Shown here: positions 49,481 through 58,813 of the stretch, one piece after another
Position numbering within the stretch: the first letter of the stretch is position 1
How the letters are laid out: each line of letters opens with the position of its first letter
Assembly: GCA_964558595.1 (NCBI GenBank)
Contig: CAZLER010000006.1
Location: forward strand, 3,892 to 67,891
DNA from: an uncultured Thermotogae bacterium
GTDB lineage: Bacteria; Bipolaricaulota; Bipolaricaulia; UBA7950; UBA9294
Length of the DNA: 64,000 nucleotides
Reading direction: 5' to 3'
The notes under the pieces: generated by a model
The model's database searches: none
Told to the model about the DNA's origin: nothing
What the model saw: only the letters and a program-made list of their open reading frames with translations
Position numbers and translations under genes: made by a program

Positions 49481-49791
49481 TTCACCGCAACGCCAACCCC
49501 GGGAGACAGCCCGCTGTCCGTCGACTTCGACGCCTCGGCATCATCGGACGCCGAAGCCACGAGCGATCAGTAGCTGGGGACCTCGGCGATGGGCAGACCG
49601 CCTGGCAGCCGGTGCCGACCCACAGGCACGTTTGCACCAACGTGCCGAGGGAGTCGCAGCTCTTCACCGCGAGGCTCACGGTGGTCAAGAACGAGGCTGC
49701 CGCGGATTCCGCGGCGAAGAGCATCACCGTCGATCCGCAGCGTCGAGGGGTTCCGACGGCGATCCGCGTCCTGCCAGGTACACCGATGTGA
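49481..49791 (+). pseudogene. frameshifted remnant of a PKD-domain protein gene
   Basis: Frame A encodes FTATPTPGDSPLSVDFDASASSD and then hits a stop. The -1 frame continues with DLGDGQTAWQPVPTHRHVCTNVPRESQLFTARLTVVKNEAAADSAAKSITVDP, completing a PKD domain. No start codon, signal peptide or RBS is present. Confidence 0.45.
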
Positions 49792-50401
49792 CGAGGGCAT
49801 TCATCCAGACAAGCAGCCAGCCGGTTCCAGCCACCGCCCCGACGTGAACGACGACGGCCGGCGCATGGAAGACCAGCAGGGCATCCAGTCCGATGGCGGC
49901 GCCGTAGAGTGCCGCGAGACCGACGAACAGCTCTACCGTAGGGCGCCAGGCTCGCGTTCTTCCGACGCTCTCTTTCAGCGCCGCCCCGGCGGTACGGCCG
50001 TCGATCACGATCGCTTGCTTGTAGTGAATGAACCGCATTCCCGCGTAGATCCCCGGAACGAGCAACAGCATCCCGCCGGCGACCACCGCCGCTCCGACAA
50101 GGATCTGGCCAAGAAACAGCGCCGGGTATCGCTCGAGCACCGCACGTGCCGCCGCTCCCCAGGCCGCGCGGTCGCCGTGCAACGCCCTCGCCGTCACCGG
50201 TAGCAGCAAGCCGTGGAAGACAGGGGATAAGAGCAGCAGCCCTCCGACACTGATCACCCACAGCGGGTTCCGGACGTCCAGCAGGCTGGCGTGAAGACTG
50301 GCCGCGTACAGGAGGCCGGAGTACGCCACGCCGACGGCGACCAGGGCCGGGCATCGCAGCGGGAGCAGCAGGGAAGCCCTAATCTGCGGCCAGATCGTCA
50401 T
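49724..50401 (-). CDS. hypothetical polytopic membrane protein
   Basis: Five to six hydrophobic helices. No motif recognised. Overlaps rbfA by 23 nt. Confidence 0.4.
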   Translation of the reverse strand: MTIWPQIRASLLLPLRCPALVAVGVAYSGLLYAASLHASLLDVRNPLWVISVGGLLLLSPVFHGLLLPVTARALHGDRAAWGAAARAVLERYPALFLGQILVGAAVVAGGMLLLVPGIYAGMRFIHYKQAIVIDGRTAGAALKESVGRTRAWRPTVELFVGLAALYGAAIGLDALLVFHAPAVVVHVGAVAGTGWLLVWMNALVTSVYLAGRGSPSEPLDAADRR

Positions 50402-50741
50402 CGTCTTGACGGAGCAGCTCGCCGAGGCGCAGCGATCGCTCGACCGCCCGATCGATGACGAACTGGAGCTCGGGGGTGTACCGCAAGTCCAAGCGCTCGG
50501 CCAACTCGCTGCGGTAGAACCCTCGATCCCGGTCGAGGGCGTTGCGAAATGCTTCGGGCTCGACGTCGGCCCCCGCGGCCACGTACACCTTGGCGTACCG
50601 TGCGTCGGTCGACAGCTGCACTTCCATCACGGTGGGAAAGGCATCACGGACGACCGGGTCGCGGCTGTCGAACTCGACGATCGCCGCCAGCTCGCGCTGG
50701 ATCTCCTGGCGCAGCCGCTGCAGCCGCCGTCGACCGGTCAT
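50379..50741 (-). CDS. rbfA: ribosome-binding factor A
   Basis: KH-like RbfA sequence. Position downstream of infB. Confidence 0.85.
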   Translation of the reverse strand: MTGRRRLQRLRQEIQRELAAIVEFDSRDPVVRDAFPTVMEVQLSTDARYAKVYVAAGADVEPEAFRNALDRDRGFYRSELAERLDLRYTPELQFVIDRAVERSLRLGELLRQDDDDLAAD

Positions 50742-51022
50742 CGAATCTCGATGTGTGACGTATCCATCTCGTAGCCGTCCCCTCGTCCGATCTCGGCCTG
50801 GAGCCTCGCCAGCACCGACTCACTGTATCGCGGGTCGTTGGACAGATGCGCAACACACAGCGTCAATCGACGAAGATCGTCCTGATCGGATGCTTCACAC
50901 GCGGCAAACGCCGGACCGTGCCGGTGCACCTCGGCGAGGAGACGCTTCACGATCGATCGCTTCCGCTTGATCGAGCCGACCGCGTACAGACGGAAGGTCA
51001 GGGTGACCAGGCCCACGTTCAT
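50738..51022 (-). CDS. DUF503-family protein (YlxP-like, commonly between infB and rbfA)
   Basis: Size, context and MNVGLVTLTFRL start. Confidence 0.6.
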   Translation of the reverse strand: MNVGLVTLTFRLYAVGSIKRKRSIVKRLLAEVHRHGPAFAACEASDQDDLRRLTLCVAHLSNDPRYSESVLARLQAEIGRGDGYEMDTSHIEIR

Positions 51023-51027
51023 CGCCG

Positions 51028-52773
51028 CTAATGGACGACCTCTTCGATCTCGAACACCTCGAGGCGATCGCCGATCTGGACGTCGTCGAACCCCTTGATC
51101 CGCAGTCCGCATTCCCGGCCGGCCTGGACCTCGCGCACGTCGTCGTCGAACCGGCGCAACGACGCGATCTCGCCGACATGAGCTTCCTCCCCGTCCCGCA
51201 GCACGCGGATCTGAGCCCGTCGGGTCACCCGACCATCGACGACGTAGCAGCCGGCGACGACCCCGTTGGGGATCTTGAACAGGTCACGGACCTCGATCAT
51301 CCCGATTCGGGTTTCCGCGTACTCGGGAGCGAGCTGACGCTTCAGCGCGCTCTCCACCTCTTCGACGAGATCGTAGATCACATCGTAGGTGAAAACCGCC
51401 ACGTTCTCGCGCGCCGCCATGCGGGTGGCCTTCGCATCCGCCTTGACGCCGAAGCCCACGACCAGGCACTCTTCGGCCACCGGGGAGGCGAGCAGGATGT
51501 CGCTTTCCGAGATCCCCCCGACCCCCGCGTGGAGGATTTCCACCTCGACGTTGCCGACGTCGAGACCCTCGACCTCGCGCCGCGCCGCTTCCAGCGCCCC
51601 TGTCGAGTTGGCCTTGAGGATCAGCCGCAGCTTGGCCGCTTCCTCCGCCAGAGCGAAGAACTCGTCGAAGCTCTTGGGGCGCTCGACGACCTGCTTCTCT
51701 TTCTCCTCCCGTTGGCTGCGCTGGATCGCCTTGCGGGCTTCGGCTTGGTTCTTCACCACCTCGATGGCGGTGCCGACCTCGGGGACGTCGTTGAACCCGA
51801 GGATCTCCGCCGCTCGACCCGGGTCCGCTTCGTCGATGCGGGCTCCGTTCTCGTCATGCAGCGCTTTGATCCGCCCGTACGTCGCCCCCGCGACCGCCCA
51901 GTCCTTCTCACGAAGCGTTCCGTTGCGGACGACCACCGTGGCCACCGGGCCTCGTCCGCTGGATAGATGGCTCTCGATGATCACCGCTTCCACTGCGGCG
52001 TTCGGGTCCGCCCGGAAGTCCTCCATCTCGGAGACCAACAGGATCATCTCCAGCAGCTCATCGATGTTCTGCCGCTGCAACGCAGAGATCTCCACCGCGA
52101 TCGTGTCGCCCCCCCATGCCTCGGGAGTCAACCCGCGTTGGGCCAGATCGTTCATTACCCGGCTGACATCGGCGTTCGGGCGGTCGATCTTGTTGATGGC
52201 CACGATCATCGGGACCCCCGCGGCCTGGATGTGATCGAGCGCCTCCACTGTCTGCGCCATGATGCTGTCGTCGGCCGCCACCACCAGGATGGCGATGTCG
52301 GTGGCTTGCGCACCACGGGCCCGCATCCCCGTGAACGCCTTGTGTCCTGGCGTATCGATGAAGGTGATCCGCTGCCCATGCAGCTCCGCCTGGTAGGCGG
52401 AGATCCCCTGGGTGATCCCCCCCGCCTCCCGGCCGGCCAGATGCGACTCGCGGATCGCATCGAGCAAGGTCGTCTTTCCGTGGTCGATGTGTCCGAGCAC
52501 CGACACAATCGGCGGACGCGGTTCGCCGTCGACCGGGCGTTCTCGGGTCGGGGCCGCCGGCTTTGCCTCACGCGGCTCCGGCTCCTTCTCGGTCTCCCCG
52601 CCGCTCCCCCCCGCTTCATCTTCGTAGAGGTGGACGATCAGGTTGTACTCTTCCTCGTCGACGGAGTTCGCCGCCTTGAGCCCGGGCATCCCCATCTCCT
52701 CGAGCTTGGCGATCAGCTCCTTGCTCGAGATGCCGAGTTCCCTGGCGATCTCATAGACTCTCTTGTTAGGCAA
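51028..52773 (-). CDS. infB: translation initiation factor IF-2 (short form, 581 aa)
   Basis: GTPase motifs ([18 protein letters not shown]). C-terminal fMet-tRNA-binding domain. Confidence 0.95.
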   Translation of the reverse strand: MPNKRVYEIARELGISSKELIAKLEEMGMPGLKAANSVDEEEYNLIVHLYEDEAGGSGGETEKEPEPREAKPAAPTRERPVDGEPRPPIVSVLGHIDHGKTTLLDAIRESHLAGREAGGITQGISAYQAELHGQRITFIDTPGHKAFTGMRARGAQATDIAILVVAADDSIMAQTVEALDHIQAAGVPMIVAINKIDRPNADVSRVMNDLAQRGLTPEAWGGDTIAVEISALQRQNIDELLEMILLVSEMEDFRADPNAAVEAVIIESHLSSGRGPVATVVVRNGTLREKDWAVAGATYGRIKALHDENGARIDEADPGRAAEILGFNDVPEVGTAIEVVKNQAEARKAIQRSQREEKEKQVVERPKSFDEFFALAEEAAKLRLILKANSTGALEAARREVEGLDVGNVEVEILHAGVGGISESDILLASPVAEECLVVGFGVKADAKATRMAARENVAVFTYDVIYDLVEEVESALKRQLAPEYAETRIGMIEVRDLFKIPNGVVAGCYVVDGRVTRRAQIRVLRDGEEAHVGEIASLRRFDDDVREVQAGRECGLRIKGFDDVQIGDRLEVFEIEEVVH

Positions 52774-52874
52774 CCGCAGTCCTCGCTTCTCTTTGGAATT
52801 CCGCGCAAACGCAGTCCAGACTATACGGGATCGATCTCATGGCGTCAAACGCCATACTGGACGGGGATTCCTCG

Positions 52875-53351
52875 CTACCGACCGAACAGCCAAATCAACA
52901 GACCGACCAGGGCGAATCCGCCGAGAATCCAGAGAAGAACGCGAAGGCTCAGTCCCCGCACCTGCCGCTTCTGACTGCGGGACAGCTTCGGATTCCTCGG
53001 GTAGCGCAGCGCCATCCGCTGTGACTTCTTGTACGTCTTGACGTATTGGGAGATCTTGTTCTGGCGCTTGTACACGACCGCCAGGTTGTGCATCGCGTTG
53101 ACGTGCTTGGGATCGACCTCCAGGGCACGATTGTACGCGTACTCGGCCCGTGCCAAGTCCCCACCGTCGATGTAGGTGTTTCCCAAGCGATAGTAGATGC
53201 TGGCCTTGTCGATCCCATACTGCAGCGCCTCGACGAGCAGCGAAATCGCTTCCTCATATCGCTTCTCCCGTCGGAGTTCCTCGGCGCGCGGGATCGCCTC
53301 TTGAACAAAGGCGGCCTGCTCCTCATGCGTCTCGAGTTTCGTCGTATTCAT
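52875..53351 (-). CDS. TPR-repeat protein with C-terminal transmembrane anchor
   Basis: Three TPR-like repeats (YYRLGNTYIDGGDLARAEYAYNRALEVDP...) and a terminal hydrophobic helix. Confidence 0.55.
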   Translation of the reverse strand: MNTTKLETHEEQAAFVQEAIPRAEELRREKRYEEAISLLVEALQYGIDKASIYYRLGNTYIDGGDLARAEYAYNRALEVDPKHVNAMHNLAVVYKRQNKISQYVKTYKKSQRMALRYPRNPKLSRSQKRQVRGLSLRVLLWILGGFALVGLLIWLFGR

Positions 53352-53976
53352 CCCGCCACTTCCTCACCTTCTGAATATCCTCCCACGTCTGATACTTCGG
53401 GCTCCCCTTCGCCTTCGACGGGTTCCGCAGCAAGTAGCTCGGGTGGAACATCGGGTACAGCAAGATCCGTCCCCGCCAGGTGTAGAACGTCCCATGCGAT
53501 TTCGTGATCCCCGGCGCTTCCGGCAGCAGCCACTGGGTCGGGGTGTTCCCCAGCGACACGATCACCGCCGGCTGAATCAGGGCGATCTGCGCCTCCAGAT
53601 ATGGAAAGCACGTTTCCATCTCCATCTTCGCCGGCACCCGGTTTCCGGGCGGTCGGCATTTGACGATGTTCGTGATGTAAACGCTCTCCCTGGCGATATC
53701 GACCGATGCCAGCACCTCGTCGAGCTTCTGGCCCGCCGGGCCAACGAACGGCCGGCCCGTGCGGTCCTCCACCTCGCCGGGCCCCTCGCCCACGAACAGG
53801 ATCATCGCCTCCGGGTTTCCTTCTCCGAAGACGGCGTGCGTGCGGCTCTTATGCAACGGGCACTTCGTGCAGGTCAAGACGCGCGGGCGTAGCGAATCGA
53901 GAGACAGCGAGGACTCGGACGTACGGTTCACCGTGAACTCCCCGGCCAACGATACCTGTGGACACGCCATACACAC
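53323..53976 (-). CDS. uracil-DNA glycosylase family 4 (4Fe-4S type)
   Basis: CxxC...C Fe-S cysteines near the N-terminus. GEGPG motif and HPS(Y/A) C-terminal motif. Confidence 0.8.
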   Translation of the reverse strand: MCMACPQVSLAGEFTVNRTSESSLSLDSLRPRVLTCTKCPLHKSRTHAVFGEGNPEAMILFVGEGPGEVEDRTGRPFVGPAGQKLDEVLASVDIARESVYITNIVKCRPPGNRVPAKMEMETCFPYLEAQIALIQPAVIVSLGNTPTQWLLPEAPGITKSHGTFYTWRGRILLYPMFHPSYLLRNPSKAKGSPKYQTWEDIQKVRKWRDEYDETRDA

Positions 53977-53987
53977 AACGACACGAG

Positions 53988-54059
53988 AGCGGGCAACGGG
54001 ATTCGAACCCGCGACCCTCAGCTTGGGAAGCTGATGCTCTACCTCTGAGCTATGCCCGC
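53988..54059 (-). tRNA. tRNA-Gly (anticodon CCC), no encoded CCA
   Basis: Manual cloverleaf: acceptor GCGGGCA/TGCCCGC, anticodon loop TTCCCAA, T-arm GCGGG-TTCGAAT-CCCGT. Coordinates +/-1. Confidence 0.85.
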
Positions 54060-54183
54060 GTGGTGCTAAGGATTATAGCAGCGCACAATCCGGCCAACAA
54101 CGCTCGGCGGGCGATGGCTCCGCCGTTGGCCGCCAGCCGGACCGGTCGCCTTCGCTGCATCCGTCAGTCGGCGCCGATCGCGA

Positions 54184-54211
54184 TTGAACGCCCTTCCAAC
54201 GGGCTTATAAT
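54184..54211 (+). promoter_or_regulatory. sigma70-like promoter TTGAAC-16-TATAAT ending 8 nt before the ATG at 54220, so the transcript is predicted leaderless
   Basis: Seen directly. No Shine-Dalgarno sequence is possible. Confidence 0.45.
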
Positions 54212-54219
54212 GCTCCGGA

Positions 54220-55116
54220 ATGAACAATCAGAACTTGATCATCCTCGCAATCGGCGTCTTCGTGGGACTCATCGTCACCGTCGCCGCCGTCGACCAGTAC
54301 CTTCAGGACGAGCACCCCCCCACCGAGGTCAGCGGGTTGATCTGGCGAATCGAGAACGCGTTTTCGCAGATCCAGGACCTCGAGGCGGTGCTTGAGATCA
54401 CCAAGGCGCGCGCCGCCGAAGAGCCGGTCCGCATGCTCGTCCGCTACGTCAGCGGGCCGATTCCGGCCCTGTCGGTCCGCTACCTCGGTCCCGATCACGT
54501 TCGGGACGAACGGTTCGTCGTCCAAAACGATCAGCTGTCTCACTACATGCCACAGGAAGACCTCCTGGTCATCAAGCGCTGGGTCGGCGTTCCCCTGGCG
54601 GCGATCGGTCTGAGCCCTCTCGATCTGTCGGGATTGAAAGACGACTGGGCTAGCGGCCGGGTCCGCGTCCAGGTCGTCCAAGACGTACCCGGCTTTTCGC
54701 AGGACCTGTTCGAGACTCCCGTGTCCCTCGCGGGCTCGTTTCTCGACCTCGACGAGGCCTCGCCGTTCACCTCGCCACTGGCTTCGGAGCCGTGTCCGAT
54801 CACGTTCTCGTTCTGCCCCCAGGCCGATCCCTCCACTGCCCCGTTCGACGGCGGCTGGAACCGGATCGTGCCCGTCGGTTCCAGTGCTTCGATCGGAGGA
54901 AGCTACATCCTCGAGGTCCGCGACGCCCGGACCAACGCGTTGGTCCGGATGATCTGGGTGGAGCGGGACAGCTTCCTCATTCGAAAGGTGGTCGCATTCC
55001 GCGACGGGCAACGGGCGAGCACGTTGCAGGTGGAACGAATCGATCTCGATCAGGGATTGACGCAGGAGGAGATCGTGACCCTTCCCACACGAGGTGTGGA
55101 AACAATCCGCGGCTGA
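54220..55116 (+). CDS. hypothetical N-terminally membrane-anchored protein (possibly a LolA-like/DUF4367-type fold)
   Basis: Single N-terminal TM helix followed by a beta-rich soluble domain. Weak resemblance only. Confidence 0.4.
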   Translation: MNNQNLIILAIGVFVGLIVTVAAVDQYLQDEHPPTEVSGLIWRIENAFSQIQDLEAVLEITKARAAEEPVRMLVRYVSGPIPALSVRYLGPDHVRDERFVVQNDQLSHYMPQEDLLVIKRWVGVPLAAIGLSPLDLSGLKDDWASGRVRVQVVQDVPGFSQDLFETPVSLAGSFLDLDEASPFTSPLASEPCPITFSFCPQADPSTAPFDGGWNRIVPVGSSASIGGSYILEVRDARTNALVRMIWVERDSFLIRKVVAFRDGQRASTLQVERIDLDQGLTQEEIVTLPTRGVETIRG

Positions 55117-55123
55117 ACGGCCT

Positions 55124-55627
55124 CTACTCCTCTTCCGAGCTACCGCCGTGCCGATAGCGGGCACGGAACTCAGCCAGGTCGAGGTTGTCCTCGACGAACT
55201 CCTGGAACTCATCCTCGTCGGCGAACGGCGACTCGATCGCCGCGGTCTTGAACACCTCATCGGAGATGAAGATCGGACAGCCCGCCCGCAGTGACAACGC
55301 CAGCGAATCGGAGGCGCGCGCATCGAATTCCAGCACTTCCTCATGGACATCGCGCAGGAAGATCGACGCGAAATAGGTCCCGTCCTGTACGGCCTTGATG
55401 ACGACCTTCTCTACCTGGGCCTCCAGCTCCTCGATCATCTGCTTCATCAGGACGTGGGTCAGCGGTCGGGGGAATTCCTCGCTCTGGAGCCCAAACGCAA
55501 TCGAGATCGCTTCGGCGTCACCGATCCAGATCGGCAACGCCTTCCGGGAGAGACGGTCCTTCAACAGGACGACCGGTGTGTTGTTCGATGGATCCACCAG
55601 GAGCGCTTTGATGATGACCTCGTGCAT
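55124..55627 (-). CDS. bifunctional nuclease domain (BFN/DUF151) protein
   Basis: N-terminal ~130 aa match the DUF151 pattern (VLLKD...RALPIWIG..EA.AI). Acidic C-terminal tail. Confidence 0.7.
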   Translation of the reverse strand: MHEVIIKALLVDPSNNTPVVLLKDRLSRKALPIWIGDAEAISIAFGLQSEEFPRPLTHVLMKQMIEELEAQVEKVVIKAVQDGTYFASIFLRDVHEEVLEFDARASDSLALSLRAGCPIFISDEVFKTAAIESPFADEDEFQEFVEDNLDLAEFRARYRHGGSSEEE

Positions 55628-55761
55628 CGTCGATCCTCCTTCACCGGAGAGAACCCCACCGGGTGGCCATTATACCGTTGACCGGAAGCCCGGCCAACCG
55701 CCAGTTGGTGCCGTTCCGTGCGTGGGGTACACTCCCGGTCCGGGAAGCGGAGGGAGGTCGT

Positions 55762-57585
55762 GTGTGCGGTATCATCGGCTACATCGGCAGTGAGAGCGTT
55801 GTCCCCTTGCTGGTCGAAGGGCTGAAACGGCTGGAGTACCGTGGCTACGATTCCGCCGGGATCGCGATTCTGGACGGCGACAAGATCTCTCGGTTCCGCC
55901 GCGCCGGCAAGGTCCGCGATCTCGGCGAGGAACTGGCGGGGACAACGTACAATGCCACCACCGGGATCGGCCACACGCGGTGGGCGACCCACGGCCCACC
56001 GACCGAGAAGAACGCCCATCCCCACTTCGATTGCCGCGGTCGGATCGCCGTGATCCACAACGGGATCATCGAGAACTACCTTCCGATCCGCGAGCGGCTG
56101 ATCTCGGAAGGACACCGGTTCAGCTCGGAGACCGATACCGAGGTGCTGGCCCATCTCATCGAGGAGCGGTTCGAGGGGGATCTGCTGACGGCGGTCACCG
56201 AAGCGGTGCGCGAGATCGAGGGGGCGTTCGCCTTGGTGGTGCTCTGCGCCGATGTCCCCGATCGGCTGGTCGTCGCCCGTCGTGGCAGTCCCATGGTGCT
56301 CGCCTCCGACGCCACCGGTTCCTTCGTTTCCTCGGACATTCCCGCCTTGCTCGGTCGGGCGTCTTCCGTTCAGTTCCTTGCCGATGACGAGGTGGGGGAG
56401 CTCACCGCCGATGGGTTGCGGATCGTCGACCTCGAGGGGCGTCCCATCGAGCGCCCACCCCATCGCGTAACCACCGACCTTGTCGCGATCCAAAAGGGTG
56501 GCTACAAGCACTTCATGCTCAAGGAGATCCACGAACAGGCGCGCTCCGTTGGGGAGACCATCCGGGAGAAGGTCGAACTGGCGGGTCAGCCGCTTTCCCT
56601 GCCGCAGGTCGAACAGCGGATCGGGGCGTTCGATCACGTCTACCTGGTTTCCTGCGGCACAGCGTACCATGCCAGCCTTGTCGCCGAGTACCTGTGGGAG
56701 GAGCTCCTCCCGGTCCCCATCCAGGCGATGATCGCCTCCGAGTTCCGCGTGCGCTCACCTCACCTGTCGCCGCGGACGCTGGTCGTCGCTGTCTCTCAAT
56801 CGGGGGAGACGATCGACACGATGATGGCCGCGCGCCATGCCAAGCAGCACGGCGCTCAGGTGATCGCGCTGGTCAACAACGAACACTCGGCGATCGATCG
56901 CGAAGCCGACGCCAGCGTCTACACGCGGGCCGGAATCGAAATCGGCGTGGCCGCCACCAAGACGTTCACCGCGCAGATCGCCGCCCTCGGCCTCCTGGGG
57001 CTGCATCTCCATCGCTCCCGGTTTCGAGGCGAAGCGAGCGCGGTACGCGGCGAACTCGATCGCCTCGCTCTCCTCCCGGGGCGGATCACCGAATCACTGC
57101 ACATCGAACGGAGGATCATCGAGGTCGCCGAGCGGATCCATCGCGTCTCGGACGTCCTCTACCTCGCGCGGGGTCCGCTGTTCCCGATCGCCCTGGAGGG
57201 GGCGCTCAAACTCAAGGAGATCTCCTACATCCACGCCGAGGGGTATCCGGCCGGCGAAATGAAGCACGGCCCGATCGCCCTCATCGATGACGGGACGCCG
57301 GTGGTGATCCTGCTGTCAAGAAGCGTCGCCTACGAGAAGGTGCTGGCCAACATCGAGGAGGTCAAGGCACGCAACGGCCTGACCATCGTCGTCACCGATG
57401 CCCCCGAGGAGTCCTCGCTCGATCGCCTCGCCGACGTCGTCCTTCCGGTGCCCGCGGTCGACGGCATCTCGCGGCCGATTCTGTTCGCCGTCCCGTTGCA
57501 GCTGCTAGCGTACCACATCGCCGTTCAGCGAGGCACCGACGTCGATCAGCCGCGCAACCTCGCGAAGACCGTCACCGTCGAGTGA
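55762..57585 (+). CDS. glmS: glutamine-fructose-6-phosphate aminotransferase (isomerising)
   Basis: GTG start giving (M)CGIIGY with Cys nucleophile. Two SIS domains. GGGAGG RBS. Confidence 0.95.
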   Translation: MCGIIGYIGSESVVPLLVEGLKRLEYRGYDSAGIAILDGDKISRFRRAGKVRDLGEELAGTTYNATTGIGHTRWATHGPPTEKNAHPHFDCRGRIAVIHNGIIENYLPIRERLISEGHRFSSETDTEVLAHLIEERFEGDLLTAVTEAVREIEGAFALVVLCADVPDRLVVARRGSPMVLASDATGSFVSSDIPALLGRASSVQFLADDEVGELTADGLRIVDLEGRPIERPPHRVTTDLVAIQKGGYKHFMLKEIHEQARSVGETIREKVELAGQPLSLPQVEQRIGAFDHVYLVSCGTAYHASLVAEYLWEELLPVPIQAMIASEFRVRSPHLSPRTLVVAVSQSGETIDTMMAARHAKQHGAQVIALVNNEHSAIDREADASVYTRAGIEIGVAATKTFTAQIAALGLLGLHLHRSRFRGEASAVRGELDRLALLPGRITESLHIERRIIEVAERIHRVSDVLYLARGPLFPIALEGALKLKEISYIHAEGYPAGEMKHGPIALIDDGTPVVILLSRSVAYEKVLANIEEVKARNGLTIVVTDAPEESSLDRLADVVLPVPAVDGISRPILFAVPLQLLAYHIAVQRGTDVDQPRNLAKTVTVE

Positions 57586-58813
57586 AGCGACCAGCGGTTC
57601 GCCCCCGCAACAGCATCCGCCGTCCGGCGCGCCGGCGGCGACGCGTCGACGAGCGCCTCGGATCCCATCGCCCTCGATCGGACGACTCCAGGCACGCCTC
57701 GTACAGCTCGAGCGTCCGCTCCGTGTAGCTCTGCACCGACATCCGCTCGGCGGTTTCCCGGGCCCCGGCACACAGCGCGGCGTGGGCGGCAGGGTCCGAC
57801 AGCGCAGCGATCGCCGCCGCGGCGAAGGCCTCTTCATCCTCCGAGACCAGGTAGCCGTTGATCCCGTTCTGCACCACGTCCGCCACTCCCAGAGCGCCCA
57901 CCGCGACCGACGGTGTCCCCCCAGCCATCGCCTCGACGATCACCAGACCTTGGGTTTCGGTCTTCGAGGCGAACAGGAACAAGTCCGCGGCGCGGTACAC
58001 ATCCACCAGCCGTCGATGATCGAGGAACCCGGTGAACCGGCTCGCGTGCCGGATCCCCAGGCCGTCTACCTCCCGCTCCATCCGTTCGCGCAGCGGGCCG
58101 TCGCCGGCGACCACCAGCACCGTGTCCGGCACGGCGCGATGGATCCGGGCAAATCCCCGCAGCAAGAACAGGAGATTCTTCTCGGCCGCCAACCTCCCTG
58201 CGTACAGGAGCATCCGGCTCGCCGCCGGCACCTCCAGTGCCTCGCGTGGTGCCCACGAGGACGGCGCCTCGAAACCCGGCAGGTTCGGTCCCAGCGGGAT
58301 CACGTGGATCGGCCGTACCACCCCGTAGCGAAGGAGTTCGTCGCGGATCGCGGCCGTGGGCACGGTGACCGCTGTGCACCGGTTGCACAGCAGCGCCGAG
58401 TACCGCTCCGCCGCCCGCACCGTCGGACGGATCGGGCGCGGGATGTAGTGACGGTATTGGCTCAAGAAGGTGTGGTACGTCTGCACATGCGGCAAGCGAT
58501 GGCGGACCGCCGCGGCGATGGCGGCATACGCCAGGGAGAACGGGGTGTGGCTGTGCACGATATCCAGCTGACCGAAGCTGCGGTACGCCGCCCGCGAGTA
58601 GGGGACTGCCATGCGCGCCGTCTTGTAGCCGAACACCGGACCGGCACGGAATCGGTACGTTCGGTCCTCATCACCATCGTCGCTCGCTCCGTAGCGCGGG
58701 GCATACACCCACACCTCGTGACCGCGGCGCTGCAGCTCCTCCCGATACCAGCTCACCGCCATGGTCACACCACTGATCTCGGGAAGGTACGCATCGGTGT
58801 ACAGACCGATCCT
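57572..58813 (-). CDS. glycosyltransferase family 4 (GT-B)
   Basis: MRIGLYTDAYLPEISGV N-terminus. C-terminal EX7E-like motif region (FLFASKTETQGLVIVEAMAGGTP). Confidence 0.75.
   Translation of the reverse strand, partial: RIGLYTDAYLPEISGVTMAVSWYREELQRRGHEVWVYAPRYGASDDGDEDRTYRFRAGPVFGYKTARMAVPYSRAAYRSFGQLDIVHSHTPFSLAYAAIAAAVRHRLPHVQTYHTFLSQYRHYIPRPIRPTVRAAERYSALLCNRCTAVTVPTAAIRDELLRYGVVRPIHVIPLGPNLPGFEAPSSWAPREALEVPAASRMLLYAGRLAAEKNLLFLLRGFARIHRAVPDTVLVVAGDGPLRERMEREVDGLGIRHASRFTGFLDHRRLVDVYRAADLFLFASKTETQGLVIVEAMAGGTPSVAVGALGVADVVQNGINGYLVSEDEEAFAAAAIAALSDPAAHAALCAGARETAERMSVQSYTERTLELYEACLESSDRGRWDPRRSSTRRRRRAGRRMLLRGRTAGRFTRR

Noticed and set aside
55628-55761. Possible glmS ribozyme upstream of glmS.
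   Set aside because: The 134-nt spacer lacks the conserved glmS ribozyme core elements (for example the AGCGCC...GGCG core) and is shorter than a typical ribozyme.
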